Assembly (NCBI GenBank): GCA_003569365.1
Contig: BGOS01000004.1
Coordinates: 33,029-97,028, forward strand
Length of the DNA: 64,000 bases
Direction: 5' to 3'
DNA from: Anaerolineaceae bacterium
GTDB taxonomy: Bacteria; Chloroflexota; Anaerolineae; Anaerolineales; UBA11657
Below are positions 48,930 through 57,797 of this stretch, in pieces (positions within the stretch are counted from its first letter, which is position 1; each line of letters starts with the position of its first letter). The notes under the pieces are model-generated. The model had not been told where the DNA came from. It saw only the letters and a program-made list of their open reading frames with translations, and did no database searches. The translations under genes were made by a program, and so were the position numbers.

Positions 48930-48949
48930 AGCGGGCAGGGGGATAGTTC

Positions 48950-49219
48950 ATGGCACATAAGAAGGGTGCGGGATCAAGCACCAACGGGCGCGACAGCAAT
49001 GCGCAGCGCCGCGGCGTAAAAATATTCGGCGGGCAGGAAGTGCGCTGCGGAAACATTCTTGTGCGCCAGCTTGGCACGCACATCAAAGCCGGCGCCCATG
49101 TAAAAGTGGGCCGCGACTTTACGCTGTACGCCACCGCTGACGGCCACGTGAAATACATCCGGCTGCCAGACGGGCAGAAGTCTGTTTCAATAGTTTTGTT
49201 ACCGGAAGCCAGCGCATGA
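48950..49219 (+). CDS. rpmA: 50S ribosomal protein L27
   Basis: [29 protein letters not shown]... Confidence 0.95.
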   Translation: MAHKKGAGSSTNGRDSNAQRRGVKIFGGQEVRCGNILVRQLGTHIKAGAHVKVGRDFTLYATADGHVKYIRLPDGQKSVSIVLLPEASA

Positions 49220-49710
49220 GGGCAAACATTCATCCGAAATACTTTACGGCCGCCAAGGTAGTTTGCTCTTGCGGCAACACTTGGACCACGGGCGCCACGC
49301 AAGAAGTGGTGCGCACGGACTTGTGCTACAAGTGCCATCCGTTCTACACGGGCGAGCAGCGCCTGATAGACACCGAGGGGCAGGTGGAACGCTTCTTGAA
49401 GAAGTTGGATGTGCGCCAGAAACATTTGGCGCTGGAAGCCGAACGCCAAGCTGAGCCGGAAATTGTTGATGTGTTGCTGGCTGATTTGAAACTTGGCACG
49501 CGCGCAACCTCTGCCCTCACAAAGGAAGGCTTGCTCGGTGCACTCGGAATTATCGAGCGCCTCAAAGCAGCTGGCGATGCAGGCGTGCTTTCCATTCAAG
49601 GTTTTGGCCAAAAAGGTTTAATTGACTTGAAGAAAGCACTGCGCTTAAACGGCTTTGAAGTTCCGGGCGACGCGCAGGAACCAGCAGCCGAAGCTGCGGC
49701 TGATTCCTAG
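49216..49710 (+). CDS. rpmE: 50S ribosomal protein L31 (Zn-ribbon type) with C-terminal alpha-CTD-like helix-hairpin-helix extension
   Basis: The N-terminal 65 aa or so, [23 protein letters not shown]...[29 protein letters not shown], are L31. The next 95 aa or so resemble the RpoA C-terminal domain ([15 protein letters not shown]...[23 protein letters not shown]). The start overlaps the rpmA stop (ATGA). Confidence 0.85.
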   Translation: MRANIHPKYFTAAKVVCSCGNTWTTGATQEVVRTDLCYKCHPFYTGEQRLIDTEGQVERFLKKLDVRQKHLALEAERQAEPEIVDVLLADLKLGTRATSALTKEGLLGALGIIERLKAAGDAGVLSIQGFGQKGLIDLKKALRLNGFEVPGDAQEPAAEAAADS

Positions 49711-49740
49711 CGCCTGCCACCGCTTACATCACAAATCTAA

Positions 49741-49766
49741 ACAGGCGCCAACGGCGCCTGTTTTTA
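49741..49766 (+). terminator. rho-independent terminator after rpmE
   Basis: ACAGGCGCC-AAC-GGCGCCTGT forms a perfect 9-bp stem and is followed by TTTTT. Confidence 0.75.
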
Positions 49767-49786
49767 GTACAGGTATACTTTGCGGA

Positions 49787-50377
49787 ATGAAGCATCGCAA
49801 CGGCAGCATCGAGGTGATCACCGGCTCAATGTTCAGTGGCAAAACCGATGAGCTCATCCGGCGCCTGCGGCGCGCACGCATCGCCAACCAGCTGGTGCAG
49901 GTCTTCAAGCCGGCAGTGGATCACCGCTACGGCACAGACAAGGTAACTTCGCATGCGGGCAGCGAGTTTGAGGCCACACCTGTGGCCGGCAGCGCCCAAA
50001 TTGAGCAGAGCTTGAAGCCTGAAACCACCGTGGTGGCGGTGGACGAGGCCCAATTTTTTGACAACGGTGTCACGGATGTGTGCCAAAGGCTTGCTGCGCG
50101 CGGCATTCGCGTAATCTGTGCCGGCCTCGACCAGGACTTTCGCGGCGATCCGTTTGGGCCGATGCCGCAGCTGCTGTCACTGGCGGAAGATGTGGACAAG
50201 CTGCACGCGATTTGCATGGTGTGCGGCGAGCATGCTTCGCGCACCCAGCGCCTGATAAACGGCGAACCGGCGTACTACGACGACCCGATTGTGATGGTTG
50301 GCGGCAGCGAAGCTTATGAGGCGCGCTGCCGCGAGCACCATCAGGTGCCCGTGCGAAAGCCCCATGGAACGCAATAG
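49787..50377 (+). CDS. tdk: thymidine kinase
   Basis: From ATG 49787: [26 protein letters not shown] (P-loop). C-terminal Zn-binding CMVCG...CREHH. Confidence 0.92.
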   Translation: MKHRNGSIEVITGSMFSGKTDELIRRLRRARIANQLVQVFKPAVDHRYGTDKVTSHAGSEFEATPVAGSAQIEQSLKPETTVVAVDEAQFFDNGVTDVCQRLAARGIRVICAGLDQDFRGDPFGPMPQLLSLAEDVDKLHAICMVCGEHASRTQRLINGEPAYYDDPIVMVGGSEAYEARCREHHQVPVRKPHGTQ

Positions 50378-50382
50378 CTAGC

Positions 50383-50934
50383 ATGCCACCCATCGCCGAT
50401 TACAAAACTATTTTGCATGAAGTGCTCATCCCGGAGGAGCGGCTGCAAGCGCGCATCACCGAGCTGGGGCAGAGTATCAGCCGCGACTATGAAGGCCGCG
50501 ACCTGCTGCTGGTGTGCATCCTGCGGGGCGGCATTCTGTTTCTGACCGACCTGATGCGCAAAATTAGCATTCCGCACGCGGTGGATTTTATGGCGGTGTC
50601 ATCCTACGGCGCCGGCGCGCGTACCTCCGGCGGCCTTGTCAAAATTGTCATGGACTTGCAAACCGATATACGCGGCCGGCATGTGCTGCTGGTGGAAGAC
50701 ATCGTAGACACCGGCCACACCATCTCGCGCGTTTTAGATTTTCTGCACATCCGCGAGCCAGCGCAGGTGGATGTATGCACATTACTCGACAAGCATGAGC
50801 GGCGTGAGGTGCAAGTACCCATCACTTACACCGGCTTTCAAATCCCCGATAAATTTGTCTTTGGCTACGGCTTGGATCTGGACGAGTACTGGCGCAATCT
50901 GCCATTTGTGGCAGTAGCCAAGACAGGCGTTTAA
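50383..50934 (+). CDS. hpt: hypoxanthine phosphoribosyltransferase
   Basis: PRPP-binding motif VLLVEDIVDTGHT. 183 aa. Confidence 0.92.
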   Translation: MPPIADYKTILHEVLIPEERLQARITELGQSISRDYEGRDLLLVCILRGGILFLTDLMRKISIPHAVDFMAVSSYGAGARTSGGLVKIVMDLQTDIRGRHVLLVEDIVDTGHTISRVLDFLHIREPAQVDVCTLLDKHERREVQVPITYTGFQIPDKFVFGYGLDLDEYWRNLPFVAVAKTGV

Positions 50935-50943
50935 AAAGGCGCC

Positions 50944-52602
50944 ATGGCGCGCCGCAGCCAACCAGCGCCCGCAGCGCACAAGATTGTTCTGCTGCCCGGC
51001 CAGTGGCAGGCTTTCCACAATGGTGAACTGGCTGCCAGCGGGCTAACTGCAGCCCTTGCCGCAGCGAAAACTTCCACCCCGGCAAAGCAGCCGGCCTTTC
51101 TATTGCAACAGCCTGCAGAACCACAAGCACCCGAATTGCCGCCACTCTGCGAAACGATTGCGCGCGCGCTGCCGGCCGCAGCCATGCCCGTCACATGGCT
51201 AACGGGCGGGGCGGTGCGCGATGCATTGCTGGGCGCACCCATTCATGACCTCGATTACGTAACCGGCGCCGACGCGCTGAAAATTGCGCGCACCGTGGCG
51301 CGCCAGCTGAATGCAGACTACTATGTGCTGGATGAGCAGCGTGGCACAGCGCGGGTCATCGTGAACGCAGCAGATGGAGCGCGTGTGGTGGTGGACTTTA
51401 CGCGCCTGCGCGCCCCGGACATTGTGAGCGACTTGCTGCTGCGCGATTTCACCATCAACTCCATGGCGATCGCCGTGGCCCAACCCGCGCTACTGCTTGA
51501 CCCGGCCGGTGGCGAAGCGGACTTGCGCGCAAAACAATTGCGCCTGACAGGCGCGGGTGCAATCGCAGACGATGCGGTACGCGCGCTGCGTGGCGTGCGC
51601 CTCGCCAACCAGCTGCACCTGCAGATTGACAAGCCCGCGCGCATTGCAATGCGCGCAGCCGCGCCGCTGCTGGCGCGCTGCAGTGCCGAGCGCATTCGCG
51701 ACGAGCTCTGCGCCATACTGGGCGGTAGAAGCCCCGCAGCTGCACTGCGCGTGCTGGATACACTGGACCTGCTCGGCGTGTGCCTTCCTGCGATTATGCC
51801 GTTGAAGACAGCCGCAATGCCAGCCCCGCAACCTGGCACACAGTGGGAACACACATTGTTCGTGGTGGAACGGCTGGCCAGCTTGCTGGGTGTGCTTGGC
51901 CGTGCGCATGACATGGACCGCGCTTCAGAATTTGCGCTGGGGTTCGCCGCCGGAAGGTTGGGGCGCTTTCGCGATCAAATCACGGACCGCATGGAACAGG
52001 AGCTTTCACCGGGGCGCAGCGTGCGCGCGCTGCTAATGCTGGCCGCACTGCTGCATGCCTGCCCGGAGGCTTCTAATGCAAAAACCGCACCTTTGCATGC
52101 GGGAGCGCTCCCAGGCAGCCATGCGAGTGCGCTGATCCGCCAGCAAACCACTGCGCTAAAAATGGCCAGCGTTGAAACCGCGTTCGTACAGCATGCAGTG
52201 CACTGCCACACTCTGCCGGCGCAGCACTACAGCACGCGGCCAATGACCGCGCGCGAACTGCACATCTACTTCCGCACCACAAAAGCGGTGGGGCTGGAGG
52301 TTTGCCTGCTGGCACTGGCAGACATGCTGGCGCATGCCGCTGCAACACTGAAACAAAGCACATGGATTGCAGCCGTTGACCGCAGCGTTGAGATGCACGA
52401 GGCATTTCACCTCAGCAAGAGCGTAATTGTGCAGCCGGAGCGGTTGCTAACCGGCGATGAAGTGATGGCTGCGCTGCAGCTGCCGCAGGGCAGGGCGCTT
52501 GGCCTGCTGCTAATCGGGCTATCAGAAGCACAGGCAGCGGGCGAGCTAACTACAAAGGCAGAAGCACTTGAATGGGTGCGGCTGAGGGCACAAGAAACTT
52601 AG
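50944..52602 (+). CDS. CCA-adding enzyme / poly(A) polymerase family nucleotidyltransferase
   Basis: TGGAVRDALLGAPIHDLDYV head-domain motif. The protein has a low-complexity N-terminal extension of about 80 aa, so the true start may be later. Confidence 0.75.
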   Translation: MARRSQPAPAAHKIVLLPGQWQAFHNGELAASGLTAALAAAKTSTPAKQPAFLLQQPAEPQAPELPPLCETIARALPAAAMPVTWLTGGAVRDALLGAPIHDLDYVTGADALKIARTVARQLNADYYVLDEQRGTARVIVNAADGARVVVDFTRLRAPDIVSDLLLRDFTINSMAIAVAQPALLLDPAGGEADLRAKQLRLTGAGAIADDAVRALRGVRLANQLHLQIDKPARIAMRAAAPLLARCSAERIRDELCAILGGRSPAAALRVLDTLDLLGVCLPAIMPLKTAAMPAPQPGTQWEHTLFVVERLASLLGVLGRAHDMDRASEFALGFAAGRLGRFRDQITDRMEQELSPGRSVRALLMLAALLHACPEASNAKTAPLHAGALPGSHASALIRQQTTALKMASVETAFVQHAVHCHTLPAQHYSTRPMTARELHIYFRTTKAVGLEVCLLALADMLAHAAATLKQSTWIAAVDRSVEMHEAFHLSKSVIVQPERLLTGDEVMAALQLPQGRALGLLLIGLSEAQAAGELTTKAEALEWVRLRAQET

Positions 52603-52753
52603 CGGCGTGAGCGTACAGACCATGTATTCAAAGCTGAGTAAGTCCGTAGATGTCAACCAGAAACAAGTGCTATTTTTGGTTATGGATTTCAGCATCAAGT
52701 GTGTGAGGCCTTGCAGCGAGTAAGGTAATCAAAGGCAGTTAGTGGAGTAGACC

Positions 52754-54001
52754 ATGGGAAACGAACTACGAGAACAAGGTAAGTCGAAAAAGAAGATTTC
52801 GGCGTTCACTTGGATATTTATCTTCGGCGCACTCGCCCTAGCCGTAATTGTTCCGCGGCTCCCGATGTCAACAGACCAAAAACTAGCAATCGGTTTATAT
52901 CTTGGTTTTGCATTCTTTGGAACGCCAATCTTGATATTTGTATCAAGCTTTCTTAAGTTCAAAAAGGTAATCATTAGCTACCCTAAACTTTATTTGTGGA
53001 TCGCTGAAGGTGCCTTCCTTATTACAATTTTGCAAATGGGGCCTGAGTTGGAGCAGATTCGAGCAGCGCGAACTGCTGCCGCTACAGCTGCGACCCAGAA
53101 CGCACCACCGACATCTACATCAACATCTACACTTACGCCTCGACCTACGCCTACGCCAACCACACCCACGCCCACCATAACGCACACGCCTACCATAACG
53201 CACACGCCTACAGCAACACTTTTGCCTGAGGTTTACACTGCAACGGCGGTTTCATTACATGCAACCGTAGAACAATCCAACTACGAATACAAAGTCAAAT
53301 TTACACAGGAAGCACTAGCATTACAGAAAGCCACAGCGTACAGCGTTACCGCAACTCCACCACTTGTTAAAGTTGCAAACACGCGGGTCGCGCCAACTGC
53401 ACTCCCCGTGGCCATGCCTACAGACATACCAACCGCCGTTGCAGCTGCGGCTCCTGCACCAGCGCCTCTGTCCGCCAGGGAAACTGTGCTTGCCACCTTA
53501 GGGGCAAACGCAGTTTCACATTGGCCGAACGATCCATCTATGGTGCAGCTTGAATATAACGAACAGGTAGCTGCGTACGACTGGGTCATTGCGCAGACTG
53601 CATACCCAGACATTATGGCTACCGTGAAGCAAGCATGGGGCGATGATTATGCAATGATGCAAGCCGACTATACCTTGAGGGTGTTCGATGTTTCGACAGG
53701 TGCCGCCGCTGCGGGCGGGACAAAACCAAGTTCATTTATTGGACTTGCGTTTCACGTTTTTAATGGAGTAAAGGTATATTACGGTTATGACAAAGCCTAC
53801 GGATTTAAGGTGATTGGCGCCACTGGCAGTGGAGACTGCCCAATCGCGCCAAGCGGCAAGGGGCTTTTCGTCGAATATCCCAGCGGCAACCAAGAGTGGA
53901 AGGATTACGATGCAATTGTTTACTCTGGCAACTATTACATCGGGGCGAATGACCCAAATCGTTCGGGGCCAAGATTGTCTGGGTATAACAGCTGTTGGTG
54001 A
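52754..54001 (+). CDS. hypothetical membrane-anchored protein with Pro/Thr-rich linker
   Basis: 415 aa. It has N-terminal TM helices, the linker TSTSTSTLTPRPTPTPTTPTPTITHTPTITHTPTAT, and an unrecognised C-terminal domain of about 250 aa ending in Gly/Tyr-rich strands. The 5' end is visibly AT-richer than its surroundings. Confidence 0.55.
   Translation: MGNELREQGKSKKKISAFTWIFIFGALALAVIVPRLPMSTDQKLAIGLYLGFAFFGTPILIFVSSFLKFKKVIISYPKLYLWIAEGAFLITILQMGPELEQIRAARTAAATAATQNAPPTSTSTSTLTPRPTPTPTTPTPTITHTPTITHTPTATLLPEVYTATAVSLHATVEQSNYEYKVKFTQEALALQKATAYSVTATPPLVKVANTRVAPTALPVAMPTDIPTAVAAAAPAPAPLSARETVLATLGANAVSHWPNDPSMVQLEYNEQVAAYDWVIAQTAYPDIMATVKQAWGDDYAMMQADYTLRVFDVSTGAAAAGGTKPSSFIGLAFHVFNGVKVYYGYDKAYGFKVIGATGSGDCPIAPSGKGLFVEYPSGNQEWKDYDAIVYSGNYYIGANDPNRSGPRLSGYNSCW
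53171..53206 (+). repeat. 18-nt tandem duplication inside the PT linker
   Basis: CCCACCATAACGCACACG followed by CCTACCATAACGCACACG, encoding PTITHT twice. Confidence 0.85.
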
Positions 54002-54330
54002 CTCCGATGGTGTTGCTTGAAAGCTCGGGAAGCCAACGGTAAAAGCAGCTATGGCGCTGACGCGTATGCCGCAGGCTGCTCGCACACTCGTAGGCGTGGG
54101 CAAGCTAGGATGTGCGGCGACGGCAGTGGTATGTGACCCATTCGCTACACCTATGCTCGCAGGGGAAAGCATGGCGAGCCAAAAACCCTGCAGGAGTATC
54201 TGCCCACTTATCAGTGATTTGGGTAACCAAAAGTTATCCGGGCGAATACACCGGCTGCGCTGAGCCCCTCGAAGCCTTCGAGCCAAGGCCCGCTCCGGTG
54301 TGCAGCACCAGCCATAAATGCTGCCAGCGC

Positions 54331-54351
54331 TTGACAACGGGTGTATACTGC
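54331..54351 (+). repeat. left copy of 21-nt direct repeat TTGACAACGGGTGTATACTGC
   Basis: Matches 57798-57818 at 20 of 21 positions (T versus C). Both copies are preceded by CTGCC 2-5 nt upstream. Confidence 0.8.
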
Positions 54352-54731
54352 AAACGACAAAACGTTTAGCCACATTCGACTGAACGCTGTTCACTGGCCC
54401 GCGCATCTATTGACTGGCGTAGCCTGTCCCACCGCGCAAGCCACAAGCGCCGCGCTCCTGTGCGCGGTGCTTGCTGCCTGGCCCATGCAGCGCCCAAGCC
54501 CAAATTTAGTAGGTGAGCGGGCCCACACGCCCAAATGTGCCCGTGCACGCACCCGCGAGCCAGGCAACATCACTGCTTGATTTAGGGCTCATCGGCTCTA
54601 TCCGCGAAGTGGTTGTGTAGTTCCCAAATCGCCGGCTTCGGGGAGCCCCGGAAAGAACCGAGCGCAGTGAACGTCGAGCCCACTAGCGCCACCCGCCGCA
54701 AATTCCTACCAAGGTAGCTTTCACGCCATGC

Positions 54732-54759
54732 TTGACATAAGCAAAGCAAACTGTATACT
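54732..54759 (+). promoter_or_regulatory. sigma-70-type promoter upstream of integrase
   Basis: TTGACA (54732-54737), 16-nt spacer, TATACT (54754-54759). ATG 54781 lies 21 nt downstream with no obvious SD. Confidence 0.55.
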
Positions 54760-54780
54760 GTGGTATTGATAAGTTCACTT

Positions 54781-55840
54781 ATGCCTACCACAAACTCAGC
54801 TTTAAATACACTCCCCAAAGTCACCTTTGAGAATATTGACCCCTCTAAAGACACTGTAGCGTCCGCGGCACTGCGCTACACGCGCGTTGTGGAAGAAAGC
54901 CGCAGCCAAAACACGCACCGCACTTACTCGCAGGCGATCCGCAAGTTCCTATGGGTGCTCGGCCGGCATGGCGTGCAGGCGCAAGCCACGCCAGCGGCTG
55001 ACACCAGCGTTGATTGGGTCACCTGGTTCGTTTACCGAGCTGCGCGCACAGGAAGCCTCGACAGAGGCAATCTATATCACCGCGCTCGTGGGGTTCTATG
55101 AGTACCTTGTAGCCGAGGACCTGTGGCCTGACAAGCTGGCAAAAGTTAAATCGATATTGAAACGCCGCTTGCGGCGCGTCACACCCCTGCCACCGCCGTT
55201 TGCCCGCGAACAGATCGACAAAATTATCAGCTACGTAAGAGCGAGCCAGGCTGCCGCCACAACAGAGCCGCGCGAACAGCTGCGCCGCCTGCGCGACCGG
55301 GCATTTGTGCTAACGCTGGCCGACACCGGTTTGCGCATATCTGAGGCGTGCCGCCTCACGACCGGCCACTTTGACTGGCCCGAACGCCGCGCCCAAGTTG
55401 AGATTAAGGGCGGCCGGCAGAGCACCGTGCGCTTCTCTGACCGGGCTGTGGCTGCCATCCAAGCGTATCTTGTACTGCGCGACACAGTGATTGTGCCCAC
55501 CGGCATGCGCCGCAATGCGCTGCCGATTTTTGCGCGGCACGACGATGGCGCCGGCTCAAAGCTGCTGCCCCTCAATAGTTTAGGGGCGCGCAAGCTGGTG
55601 GACCGCGCCGTAGTTGATGCAGTTGGGGCGGAAGCCAAGGGCACAGTCACGCCCCACTCTTTCCGGCACTATTTTGTGACCGTCGTGCTGCGCGCTTCTG
55701 GCGGAAATCTAAAGATGGCGCAGCGGCTCGCGCGCCACAAAAACATTTCCATCACAGAACGCTACGCGCGCGTTTCAGATGAAGAAGAAGACCGTGGCTA
55801 CCATGAGATTTTCAACGAACAAAAACCTGGTAAAAAGTAG
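54781..55840 (+). pseudogene. tyrosine recombinase/integrase (XerC/D-like), frame interrupted at TTT 55031-55033
   Basis: The N-terminal SAM-like domain is in the ORF 54760 frame (RSQNTHRTYSQAIRKFLWVL...VDWVTWFV). It continues in the ORF 54887 frame (TELRAQEASTEAIYITALVGFYEYL). The catalytic residues are LADTGLRISEACRL, HSFRHYF and HKNISITERYARV. Confidence 0.8.
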
Positions 55841-55930
55841 TGGCTGCACAGCATGTCCCGATCAACCGATTGTGCTGGCACAGTGTGCAATCAAGCCGGC
55901 CATAGATCGCCCACAGTACAAACCGGCAGC

Positions 55931-55959
55931 TTGACCGTGTCCCCCGGTGCTGCTAACGT
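55931..55959 (+). promoter_or_regulatory. candidate promoter giving a leaderless transcript for small gene A
   Basis: TTGACC (55931-36), 17-nt spacer ending GCTGC, TAACGT (55954-59), then 8 nt and ATGGCC (55968). Confidence 0.4.
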
Positions 55960-55967
55960 ATGCACCC

Positions 55968-56246
55968 ATGGCCTCTGGCATCGCTTTACTTGTGTCGCTG
56001 GCGCAGATCGACGTGCCGGAGGATACGATGTGTGAAATTTTTGGGCGCTTCGACCGGCAAATCGAACTCTACCGGCAGCGCACGCGGGTGCACGTTGAAA
56101 AGCAGCAAGAATTGAACCAAGTCGAGAGCCGCTTTGATGAACAGCTGCAGGAATTTGAGCCGCAACTTCAGGCTGCGCTGGCCCGGCGGCTGGGCGGAAG
56201 TGCACAGCAGCACACATTCAAACGCGCGATTGATACTGCCTGGTAA
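55968..56246 (+). CDS. small Gln/Glu-rich coiled-coil protein A
   Basis: MASGIALLVSLAQIDVPEDT...FDRQIELYRQRTRVHVEKQQELNQVESRFDEQLQEFEPQLQAAL. The start was chosen from the promoter geometry; the ORF is open from GTG 55947. Confidence 0.45.
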   Translation: MASGIALLVSLAQIDVPEDTMCEIFGRFDRQIELYRQRTRVHVEKQQELNQVESRFDEQLQEFEPQLQAALARRLGGSAQQHTFKRAIDTAW

Positions 56247-56331
56247 ACAAACCAATAACCATTGCAACAGCTTGCAGTGACGCAAACACACCGCTGCAAT
56301 TAACCAATTCCAAAACCACAGACCCTCCCCC

Positions 56332-56664
56332 GTGCCAATCGCAACTAAGGAAGACATTCAAAAGCGCATCGTACAGCTCGACGCGCTCGACCCGAACTGG
56401 CGCCAACACGACTCGCAGTGGCTGCTGCTTGACGCACAACTACAAACGATAAGCGAGCAAGCGCAGCAGATTGGCGATCAGGCGTGCGCGCTGGATGAGC
56501 AGCGCCGCGCGCAGCTGGCAGCACAGGCCGCGCAGATTTTAGACCTGCGCCCCACTCCGGCAGCCTGGCCCCAGAATAACTCTCTTCAATTATGGATACC
56601 GATAGTGCTTGGAATAATTACCGCGCTCTTAGTCACACTCGGGCTTGTTGCCACTGGCCAATAA
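56332..56664 (+). CDS. small tail-anchored Gln-rich coiled-coil protein B
   Basis: GTG start. It contains LDALDPNWRQHDSQWLLLDAQLQTISEQAQQIGDQ...EQRRAQLAAQAAQI, then a Pro-rich spacer and the C-terminal TM LWIPIVLGIITALLVTLGLVATGQ. Confidence 0.5.
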   Translation: MPIATKEDIQKRIVQLDALDPNWRQHDSQWLLLDAQLQTISEQAQQIGDQACALDEQRRAQLAAQAAQILDLRPTPAAWPQNNSLQLWIPIVLGIITALLVTLGLVATGQ

Positions 56665-56845
56665 CCCGGCACACGGCACACGGCACGTGCCAAGCACATG
56701 GCTGTGTCCAACCGCACGAACAATTCGACGTTGCAAGCGCAAGAACCGCGCCCTCACTAAATTGCGCTGAACCGGGCGCCAAAACCCCCCGCCAACTGTG
56801 GTGAAGCCCTGCGCTGCTGGCGCGCTTCTTGCTACAAAGCCCAAT

Positions 56846-57190
56846 ATGACAACCAAAGATGAACATTGGCACCAGTTTGTTGAACAGCTGCATCGGCTGG
56901 ACAATCAGTGGATGCTGTTTCTCGAGCAGCGGCAGCAGCTTGACGAGCAACGCCCGCAGCTTGATGAGCACTGGCGCCAGTTTGTTCAACAGCGCGATAA
57001 TTACGAGGCGCAGCAACGCCAGCTAGCCGAGCAGCGCGCAACACTGGAAATACAGCAAAGGCAGCTGAACCAGCGCCGGCAGGCCTTCGCGACCGCGCAG
57101 GTCCGCCCGAGCCCACTCTCGGAGACTCCCATCGTACTGATTGCGCTAGCTGCTGTGTTTGTAACCCTGCTTCAGCTAGCCCACGGATAG
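56846..57190 (+). CDS. small tail-anchored Gln-rich coiled-coil protein C (internal duplication)
   Basis: MTTKDEHWHQFVEQLHRLDNQW...QLDEHWRQFVQQRDNYEAQQRQLAEQR..., with the C-terminal TM PIVLIALAAVFVTLLQLAHG. DEHW(H/R)QFV(E/Q)Q occurs twice. Confidence 0.5.
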   Translation: MTTKDEHWHQFVEQLHRLDNQWMLFLEQRQQLDEQRPQLDEHWRQFVQQRDNYEAQQRQLAEQRATLEIQQRQLNQRRQAFATAQVRPSPLSETPIVLIALAAVFVTLLQLAHG

Positions 57191-57285
57191 GCACGTCCGC
57201 GTAGCCACCCAACCACCGCGATAACGCCCACCCCGGGAGCGGTGGCCCGATATTGCCAGCGTATTTCAGCTTGCAATTTTGTCGT

Positions 57286-57314
57286 TTGACCAAATTCAGG
57301 CGCGCTGCTATTAA
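57286..57314 (+). promoter_or_regulatory. candidate promoter giving a leaderless transcript for small gene D
   Basis: TTGACC (57286-91), 17-nt spacer ending GCTGC, TATTAA (57309-14), then 8 nt and ATGGCC (57323). The geometry is identical to 55931-55970. Confidence 0.45.
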
Positions 57315-57322
57315 TATGGTGC

Positions 57323-57637
57323 ATGGCCACCCGAACCGAAAATGACGAGCAGTACGCGCAGCTGCTGGCGCAGCGCGACAAGCTTGAGATACTCAGTAAT
57401 CAGCTGGCCGAGCGCATGCGCCAAGTCCGCGCGGAACTGGATGTGCTGCTCGGAACGTTGCGTGACAACGCCATGCTGCATGAGCAACCCTATGTGCGCA
57501 GTGAGCATGCCAAACGATTGCGCGCCGAAGGCTCAGAGCTTGTCGAACAAGGCAAACAAATTGCTGCGCAGCAGTTGCAGATAGTGGCGCAATTAGCTTA
57601 TATAAACCGCCAGCGCCAACAGCCAGAAGCCAAATAG
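57323..57637 (+). CDS. small Gln-rich coiled-coil protein D (no TM)
   Basis: MATRTENDEQYAQLLAQRDKLEILSNQLAERMRQVRAELDVLLG...QIAAQQLQIVAQLAYINRQRQQPEAK. Confidence 0.5.
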   Translation: MATRTENDEQYAQLLAQRDKLEILSNQLAERMRQVRAELDVLLGTLRDNAMLHEQPYVRSEHAKRLRAEGSELVEQGKQIAAQQLQIVAQLAYINRQRQQPEAK

Positions 57638-57797
57638 CACAGGATAAGCAGCGCCAGCAAACTGCGCGGACTGGCGCGGAAATTCCAGCCACTCATCCGC
57701 CTGAAATCAACCGGCCGCTCCTGTGCCCCGCCAGAAACCCGCGCTGCGCACTCCCCGCCTATAGGGCGAAACAACGGGCGCAGTCCAGATCTGCCTA

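Noticed and set aside
54331-54351. Reading the direct repeat itself as a sigma-70 promoter (TTGACA ... TATACT)
   Set aside because: The two hexamers are only 7 nt apart, far from the 16-18 nt needed. In the right copy the second hexamer is TACACT and no alternative -35 lines up. It is therefore treated as a repeat or att candidate instead.
54582-54854. 90-aa minus-strand ORF overlapping the integrase promoter and start
   Set aside because: It has no family resemblance and runs antisense through a near-consensus promoter and the integrase 5' end. It is kept only as part of the unexplained 54.0-54.8 kb region.
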